NCBI GenBank assembly: GCA_013813875.1
Contig: JACCQZ010000293.1
Coordinates: forward strand, 1 to 50,536
Reading direction: 5' to 3'
DNA length: 50,536 nucleotides
DNA from: Gemmatimonadales bacterium
GTDB lineage: Bacteria; Gemmatimonadota; Gemmatimonadetes; Gemmatimonadales; GWC2-71-9
The notes below the pieces were generated by a model that was not told the origin of the DNA, did not search any database, and worked only from the letters and a program-made list of their open reading frames with translations. The position numbers and the translations under genes were made by a program. Of this stretch, positions 44,581 through 50,536 are shown one piece after another (within the stretch, counting starts at the first letter, position 1; the number at the start of each line of letters is the position of its first letter).

Positions 44581-45653
44581 GGTCTCCTGTCCATCACCAG
44601 CAACGTGTCCCCGCCCAGAGGTCTTCGCTCCGCCACCTCCCAACGCTCGACGTTGGCGATCGCGGTGTCCGGCAATCCCGAGACGGCCGGCACTCCGCCC
44701 TCGCCCAGCCAGAGGGGGCTCTGCACCCAGTGGTATCGGTCCACCAGCCCCCGCGCGAGCAATGCGCCCGCCAGCTTCCCTCCACCCTCGACCAGGAGCG
44801 ACATGACACCAGCCTGGCGCAGGGAGCGGAGCGCCGCCTCCAGGTCATCGGCAAGCAGGACCGTGACCCCACTGGCCTCCAGCTCCCGCAGGCGAGCCGC
44901 CGGGGCGGTGGTGGACGCGATGACGGTCGTGGGTGTATCTCCGGTGGTCCGTACTACTGTGAGCCCACGGTCGAGGTCGGCGCTTTCGGTGAACACCACC
45001 CGCCGGGGAGCTACCCGCGGCTGCAGACTGCCCCGGACGGTGAGCGAGGGATCGTCGGCGCGCACCGTCCGCCCACCGGCGGCGATCGCATCGAAGCCCG
45101 CTCGCAGCCAGTGCACGTACGCGCGAGCCTCCTCGCCCGAGATCCAACGCGAGCTGCCCTCCGAGTCGGCGATCCGGCCGTCGAGACTCGTGGCCAGCTT
45201 CAACCCTACGAAGGGCCGGGATGGGTCCCGCACCCGATGGAGAAAGGACGCATTCTGGCTGCCCGCGGCCTGCCCCAGCAGCCCGATCTCGACTTCGACT
45301 CCGGCGGCACGGAGACGGTCGGCCCCGCCGGCGGCGATGGGATTGGGATCGGCCATGGCGGCCACTACCCGGCGGATGCCGGACGTGGTGATGATGTCGG
45401 TACAAGGCGGTTGCCGGCCGTAGTGAGCGCACGGCTCGAGAGTGACGAGCAGGGTGGCCCCGCGGGTTCGCTCGCCCGCCTGCTCGAGCGCGGCGGGCTC
45501 GGCGTGCCGCTCACCGTACTCCGCGTGCCACCCCTCCCCTACCGCCTCGCCGGCGGCGAGAACCACGGCACCAACGAGCGGATTCGGCTGCACCCGCCCC
45601 CAACCTCGCCAGGCGAGATCGAGCGCGCGGGCCATCGCCTCCCGCTCGTTCAC
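44562..45653 (-). CDS. ribD: Bifunctional pyrimidine deaminase/reductase
   Basis: PNPLVGAV, HAE, TLEPCAHYGRQPPC, KLATSLDG, VEGGG. Confidence 0.96.
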   Translation of the reverse strand: MNEREAMARALDLAWRGWGRVQPNPLVGAVVLAAGEAVGEGWHAEYGERHAEPAALEQAGERTRGATLLVTLEPCAHYGRQPPCTDIITTSGIRRVVAAMADPNPIAAGGADRLRAAGVEVEIGLLGQAAGSQNASFLHRVRDPSRPFVGLKLATSLDGRIADSEGSSRWISGEEARAYVHWLRAGFDAIAAGGRTVRADDPSLTVRGSLQPRVAPRRVVFTESADLDRGLTVVRTTGDTPTTVIASTTAPAARLRELEASGVTVLLADDLEAALRSLRQAGVMSLLVEGGGKLAGALLARGLVDRYHWVQSPLWLGEGGVPAVSGLPDTAIANVERWEVAERRPLGGDTLLVMDRRPCSPAW

Positions 45654-45666
45654 TCGCTAGAAGCCG

Positions 45667-45778
45667 GAGTCGGACGTTCGTTGCTTGTCACGCTGAGCGT
45701 AGCGAAGCGGCCGAAGCGTCGTTATGGCCCCTTCGCTGCGCTCAGGGCGACAAGCCTGCGGCAACGAACGTTCGACTC
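45667..45778. repeat. REP-like dimer (45686-45752, copy 5) nested inside an 18-bp outer inverted repeat
   Basis: TGTCACGCTGAGCGTAGCGAAG..CTTCGCTGCGCTCAGGGCGACA flanked by GAGTCGGACGTTCGTTGC / GCAACGAACGTTCGACTC. Confidence 0.85.
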
Positions 45779-45784
45779 GGGACA

Positions 45785-46741
45785 TTAGAAGCCCACTCGC
45801 AGGCCGAGGCCGGCGAAGAACTTGCCCTTGGTGGTGTCGAGGCGCTCGAAGTCGGTGGTGAGATTCTGGTCCTTCCCGCCCTGGTAGCCCACCTCTCCGA
45901 CCAGCTTGAGCGCGGCCACGTTGAGCCCCGCATTGATGAAGGCCATGGGGCGGGAGTTGTCGAGCTCGAAATTGATCGCCGGCTCTACCGCCGACGAGTT
46001 CGGGTTGCGGAACTGAATCGAGGCGTCGCCGCTGTACTTGTCCCAGCCGAGCCCGCCCGCAAGATCGAGAAAGGCCACCTGCTTGCTGGCCACCACGCGG
46101 AGATTGGTGGCGTGGAGATCAATGGCGTAGCGATACTGGTCGCCGTCGGCCACGTTGCCGTAGGTGATCTGGGGGATGTCGCGCCGCATGACGCTCACCG
46201 AGACCGCGGGGAGCGGCCCCAGCTCGCGCAGGATGCCGATACGGGCGCCGTAACCCAGACCCAGCGCCACGTCGCCGATGCGGCGGGCGTCCTGGTTGAC
46301 CGCAAAGTTATCAATCTGATTGGTGGGAAGGAGTTGAGCCGAGCCCAGAAAATCTATCGAAAGCAGGCCCGAAGGGAGGCCGCCGTATACGCCGGCCGCC
46401 AATTCCACCACCGGCACTGGAGCGTAGAGCTCCTCGCTGGCCGGCACGCTGCCGCCGGTGCCGTCGTAGCCCACCGCCGGAAGCACTACGTTGGCCGCGT
46501 TGGCGCGGGCGGTGACCGAAAAGTGACCCAGGCCGCCCAGGGTGTTGGCGGTCCCCAGCACCGGATTGCCCCCGCTCACCAGAAGGCCGGCCACCGGATG
46601 AAAGGCGCGGGTGGCATCCAGCGCGGCGCTGCAGACCCGGCCGGTGCTGCCGTCGTAGGCCGCGCACTCGGCGCTTTGGGCCCGCGCGGTGGAGGCGAGG
46701 CCGGTCAGGAGAAGCGCGGCGGAAACCGATACAGCTCGCAT
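45785..46741 (-). CDS. Hypothetical exported protein, probable outer-membrane beta-barrel
   Basis: Signal peptide ending ARA, alternating beta-strands, C-terminal GLGLRVGF. Confidence 0.75.
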   Translation of the reverse strand: MRAVSVSAALLLTGLASTARAQSAECAAYDGSTGRVCSAALDATRAFHPVAGLLVSGGNPVLGTANTLGGLGHFSVTARANAANVVLPAVGYDGTGGSVPASEELYAPVPVVELAAGVYGGLPSGLLSIDFLGSAQLLPTNQIDNFAVNQDARRIGDVALGLGYGARIGILRELGPLPAVSVSVMRRDIPQITYGNVADGDQYRYAIDLHATNLRVVASKQVAFLDLAGGLGWDKYSGDASIQFRNPNSSAVEPAINFELDNSRPMAFINAGLNVAALKLVGEVGYQGGKDQNLTTDFERLDTTKGKFFAGLGLRVGF

Positions 46742-46754
46742 GGGGAATTCTCCC

Positions 46755-47777
46755 TCAGGAATGGGCGAATCTCACCGCCGGATCGCCGCGGCGGATGTCG
46801 CCCATCTGCCAGGTGGTGACCCCGTCAGCCTCTGCGGCGGCTTTCGCGGCCGGCACGGCCTCGGGGGGCAGCACGGCGATGAGACCCACGCCGAGGTTGA
46901 AGACGTCCCGCATCTCGTCGGTGGAGACCTGTCCCGCCTGCTGCAGCGTAACGAAGAGTGGGGGCGGATCCCAGGACGCCGGATCCACCACCGCTTCGCA
47001 GCCAGCAGGCAATATCCGCACCAGGTTGCCGCCGATGCCGCCCCCGGTGATGTGAGCCAGCCCGTGAAGCCGCTCGATAACCGGCATCACGCTCCGGAAG
47101 TAGCTCCGGTGCACCGCCAGCAGCGCTTCGGCCACCGTGCGGCCGGTCTCCCCCAACGGATCGTCCAGCCGCAACCCCATCCGCTCGAACACGATGCTCC
47201 GGGCAAGAGTATAGCCGTTGGTGTGCAGCCCGGTGGACGCATAGCCCAGCAGCACGTCACCGGGGACGATCGCATCGCCGTGCAGCGCCCGGTCCTCCTC
47301 GACCACGCCCACGATGGTTCCGGCGAGGTCGTACGTTCCAGATTGATAGAGGCCGGGCATCTGCGCCGTCTCGCCCCCGGCCAGCGCCATGGCGTGCGAG
47401 CGGCAGGCTCGCGCGATCCCATCAACGATGCCGGCGATCTGCTCGACCTCGAGTCCCGAGCCGGCGATGTAATCCATGAACGCGATCGGGGTGGCGCCGT
47501 GTACCAGGATGTCGTTGACGCTGTGATTGACCAGGTCTTCGCCGACGGTGTCGAAGCGCCGGGCCTCCCGCGCGACGAGCACCTTGGTGCCCACGCCGTC
47601 GGTGCTGAGGACCAGCGTGGGCCTTTGCATGCCGGGCGGAATCCTCACCATCCCGCCGAACGCGCCTACCCGGCCGACCGAGAGGGCGGTACGGGTGCCC
47701 GCCACCGCCCGGCCGATCCGCGCCTTGGCCGCTTCGGCGCCGGCCAGGTCCACGCCCGCCTGGGCGTACCGGCTCAC
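46755..47777 (-). CDS. purM: Phosphoribosylformylglycinamidine cyclo-ligase
   Basis: YAQAGVD, STDGVGTK, GGETAQMPG, STGLHTNGY, HITGGG. Confidence 0.96.
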   Translation of the reverse strand: MSRYAQAGVDLAGAEAAKARIGRAVAGTRTALSVGRVGAFGGMVRIPPGMQRPTLVLSTDGVGTKVLVAREARRFDTVGEDLVNHSVNDILVHGATPIAFMDYIAGSGLEVEQIAGIVDGIARACRSHAMALAGGETAQMPGLYQSGTYDLAGTIVGVVEEDRALHGDAIVPGDVLLGYASTGLHTNGYTLARSIVFERMGLRLDDPLGETGRTVAEALLAVHRSYFRSVMPVIERLHGLAHITGGGIGGNLVRILPAGCEAVVDPASWDPPPLFVTLQQAGQVSTDEMRDVFNLGVGLIAVLPPEAVPAAKAAAEADGVTTWQMGDIRRGDPAVRFAHS

Positions 47778-48694
47778 ACCGGCGCCTGGGCGAGACTCAC
47801 CTGGGTGAGATCCTGGAAGGCACGCACTCTGGTCTCGACGTCGGCCAGGGTGATGCCCTCCAACCGGCGGATGCCGAACTGCTCCACCGCGTACGATCCC
47901 ATCGCGGCGCCGTATACCATCGCGCGCCGGATGTTGTCTTCGGTGATCGAGCCGGTGCGAGCCAGATAAGCCATGAAGCCACCGGCAAAGGCGTCGCCGG
48001 CGCCGGTGGGATCGAAGACGGTCTCCAGCGGAAAGGCGGGAACGTAGAAGGTGCGGGTGGCCTCGATGAGCAGCGCGCCATGCTCGCCCTGCTTGATCAC
48101 CACCCGGCTCGGGCCGTGGGCCAGGATCCAGCGGCCGGCCCGATGGATGTTCCAGTCACCGCTCAGCTCCCGCGCCTCGCTGTCGTTCACCATCAGCAGA
48201 TCCACCCGGGAGAGCAGGTCGAGCAGCGGCGCCTTCTTGCTCCCGATCCAGTAGTTCATGGTGTCGCACACAACGAGCTTGGGCCGGTGCACCTGACTCA
48301 GCACGTCGAGCTGAAGCTCGGGGTCTATGTTGCCCAGAAAAAGAAATTCCGCCTGCCGGAACGCCTCGGGAAGCTTGGGCTGGAAGTCGGCGAACACCCC
48401 CAGGCGCGTTTCCAGTGTCTCTCGACTCTGCAGATCGTATGAATACTTCCCCTTCCAGCGAAAGCTCTCGCCGGCCGCCTGCTCGACGCCCGACCAGTCA
48501 ATGCCGCGCGGAGCCAGCCGCTCGAGCTCGGCGCGAGGATAGTCACTCCCCACCACTCCCACGACCTGTACCGGATGGAGGAGCGAGCCGGCGACGCTGA
48601 AGTACACGGCGGAGCCGCCCAGCGCGTCGGCGGTCTCACCGAAGGGAGTGAAGATCGAATCGAGGGCGATGCTCCCCACCACAAGCAGACTCAT
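47774..48694 (-). CDS. PfkB family carbohydrate/nucleoside kinase
   Basis: VVGSIALD, LGGSA, DTMNYWI, DPTGAGDAFAGG. Confidence 0.92.
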   Translation of the reverse strand: MSLLVVGSIALDSIFTPFGETADALGGSAVYFSVAGSLLHPVQVVGVVGSDYPRAELERLAPRGIDWSGVEQAAGESFRWKGKYSYDLQSRETLETRLGVFADFQPKLPEAFRQAEFLFLGNIDPELQLDVLSQVHRPKLVVCDTMNYWIGSKKAPLLDLLSRVDLLMVNDSEARELSGDWNIHRAGRWILAHGPSRVVIKQGEHGALLIEATRTFYVPAFPLETVFDPTGAGDAFAGGFMAYLARTGSITEDNIRRAMVYGAAMGSYAVEQFGIRRLEGITLADVETRVRAFQDLTQVSLAQAPV

Positions 48695-48698
48695 CAGT

Positions 48699-50336
48699 TC
48701 ACATCCGGTCGGGGGCGCTGATGCCGAGGAGAGTGAGCGCATTGGCCAGGACGATTCGGGCCGAGCGGGCCAGCAGCAGCCGGGCGCGCTCCACGTCGGG
48801 CGCTTCGCCGACGGTGCGGGTGCGGTGGTACCAGCCATGCACCGCGGTGGCGAGCTCGTGGAGATAGACGGTGATCCGGTGCGGGTCGTGCTGGCGCGCC
48901 GCCTTCTCGACCTCTTCGGGGAACAGCACCAGCTTCTTGAGCAGCTCGGTGTCGTCCGGCGCGGGTAGCGCGGCGAGATCGAGGCTGCCGCTGATGGCGG
49001 CGGGCTCACACTCGGCGGTGCGGAAGATGCCGCTCAGCCGGGCATGGGCCATCTGGACGTAGAACACCGGGTTCTCGTCGGTCTGTTTCTTGGCGAGCTC
49101 GACGTCGAAGACCAGGTGAGAGTCACCCCGGCGCATGAGAAAGAAGTAGCGCGCGGCGTCTACGCCGACCTCTTCGACCAGGTCGCGCAGGGTGACGAAC
49201 TCGCCGGAGCGCTTGGACATCTTCACCTCATCCCCGCCCCGCACCACCCGGACCAGCTGCACCAGCTCGACGGCGAAGAAGTCGGGCGGGTATCCCAGAG
49301 CCGCCAGCACCGCCTTCATTCGCGGGATATACCCGTGGTGGTCGGCGCCCCAGACGTCAATGGCCTGGTCGAAGCCCCGCTCGTGCTTGTCAATGTGGTA
49401 GGCGATGTCGGGCACGAGATAGGTGAAGCTGCCGTCTCCCTTACGCAGCACCCGGTCCCTGTCGTCGCCGAACTGGGTGGTACGGAGCCAGAGCGCGCCC
49501 TCGGCCTCATAGGTCAGTCCGCGCTCGGCCAGCATACCGAGGGCGCGCTCGACCTTTCCCCCGTCGTAGACCGCCTGCTCGGATGAGAGCACGTCGAAGC
49601 GCACGCCGAAGTCGGCCAGATCTCGATCCTGCTCCTCGCGCTGGATCCGAAGCGCGAGCTCACGGCAGCGGCGGAGCCCCTCCGATTCCGGCAACTCGGC
49701 GAGCTCGGGGCCTTGCTCCGCCAGCACCCGGCGGGCGTTCTCCCGCAGGTACTCGCCGTGATATCCGCCCTCGGGCACCTCCGCGGGGTAGCCCGCTTCC
49801 TGCCGCACCCGTGCCCACAGGCTGGCGGCGACTCGATCAATCTGGACGCCGGCGTCGTTGATGTAGAACTCGCGGGTGACGGCGTGGCCGGTCCACTCCA
49901 GGAGCGAGGAGATGGCGTCGCCCAGCGCCGCGCCGCGCCCGTGCCCGACGTGTAGCGGGCCGGTGGGGTTGGCGGAGACGAACTCGATGTTGATCTTCCG
50001 CCCCGCGCCCCAGACAGAGCGACCGTAGGCGGCCCCTGCCTCGAGAATTTCGCGGTGGGCGGCGGCCAGCTGGTCCTGAGCCAGCCAGAAATTGATGAAC
50101 CCGGGGCCGGCGATCTCAGTGCGCGCCACCAGGTCGGGGGCGAGCTGCAGCTCCTGCAGCACCCGCTCGGCGGTGTGGCGGGGATTGGCGCGCTCGCGCT
50201 GGGCGAGCACCATGGCCAGATTGGTGGCGAGGTCGCCGTGCCCGGCGCCGCGCGGTCGCTCCAGCACGAACTCGATGCCATCGGCGCCGAGCCGCGAGGC
50301 GACCCTCGTGAGCTCGGTGCGCAGCGCTTCGCTCAC
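48699..50336 (-). CDS. argS: Arginine--tRNA ligase
   Basis: IAGPGFIN, EFVSANPTGPLHVGHGRGA, WGADHHGY, KMSKRSG, NPVFYVQMAHAR. Confidence 0.97.
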   Translation of the reverse strand: MSEALRTELTRVASRLGADGIEFVLERPRGAGHGDLATNLAMVLAQRERANPRHTAERVLQELQLAPDLVARTEIAGPGFINFWLAQDQLAAAHREILEAGAAYGRSVWGAGRKINIEFVSANPTGPLHVGHGRGAALGDAISSLLEWTGHAVTREFYINDAGVQIDRVAASLWARVRQEAGYPAEVPEGGYHGEYLRENARRVLAEQGPELAELPESEGLRRCRELALRIQREEQDRDLADFGVRFDVLSSEQAVYDGGKVERALGMLAERGLTYEAEGALWLRTTQFGDDRDRVLRKGDGSFTYLVPDIAYHIDKHERGFDQAIDVWGADHHGYIPRMKAVLAALGYPPDFFAVELVQLVRVVRGGDEVKMSKRSGEFVTLRDLVEEVGVDAARYFFLMRRGDSHLVFDVELAKKQTDENPVFYVQMAHARLSGIFRTAECEPAAISGSLDLAALPAPDDTELLKKLVLFPEEVEKAARQHDPHRITVYLHELATAVHGWYHRTRTVGEAPDVERARLLLARSARIVLANALTLLGISAPDRM

Positions 50337-50536
50337 TCGCCGCTGGCCTTCCCCTCGCCGCGGCTCGGCGCCGGTTTGGCGGGCTTGGACTCCGGCTTGG
50401 CGGCGGGCGCGGAGTCGCTCTTGGGGGCTGAGTCGGGCTTCGACTCGGCGGCGGGCTTCTCGGATTCGGGCTTGCGGGGGCCTTTGCCGTCTTTGCCGTA
50501 GTCAGTGATGTAGAACCCGGTCCCCCGGAACACCAA
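50333..50536 (-). CDS. FmdB-family zinc-ribbon regulatory protein, C-terminal part (truncated by window end)
   Basis: VFRGTGFYITDY motif followed by a low-complexity K/P/S/A tail. Confidence 0.75.
   Translation of the reverse strand: MVFRGTGFYITDYGKDGKGPRKPESEKPAAESKPDSAPKSDSAPAAKPESKPAKPAPSRGEGKASGE

Overview
A ~70% GC bacterial chromosome segment. Gene content and order suggest Gemmatimonadota (inference only). Most genes are on the minus strand. From left to right: the end of a TonB-dependent receptor, a PcaF/PaaJ-type thiolase, and a convergent catabolic operon (two class-III aminotransferases, aldehyde dehydrogenase, two-subunit CoA-transferase, APC permease, secreted PD40 + CehA/McbA hydrolase). 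Then come GS type III, cysK, a bPH/zinc-ribbon membrane protein abutting tRNA-Ser(CGA), a small accessory pair (tandem Ner/BcepMu-gp16-like HTH protein and a divergent HExxH peptidase), tadA, clpB, selB, recO and a deleted PEP-mutase-family pseudogene. Next is a BtuFCD-like ABC operon interrupted by a nucleotidyltransferase plus small-partner cassette. The rest is housekeeping: DUF151, ahcY, metK, a complete mannose-family PTS with hprK and hpf, GT4, nusB, rib genes, purM, pfkB, argS. Intergenic DNA carries three repeat families: a ~24-bp REP-like palindrome (5 sites), 7-mer arrays (4 sites) and 9-mer-built long hairpins (2 sites). No CRISPR array, rRNA, integrase or transposase is visible.
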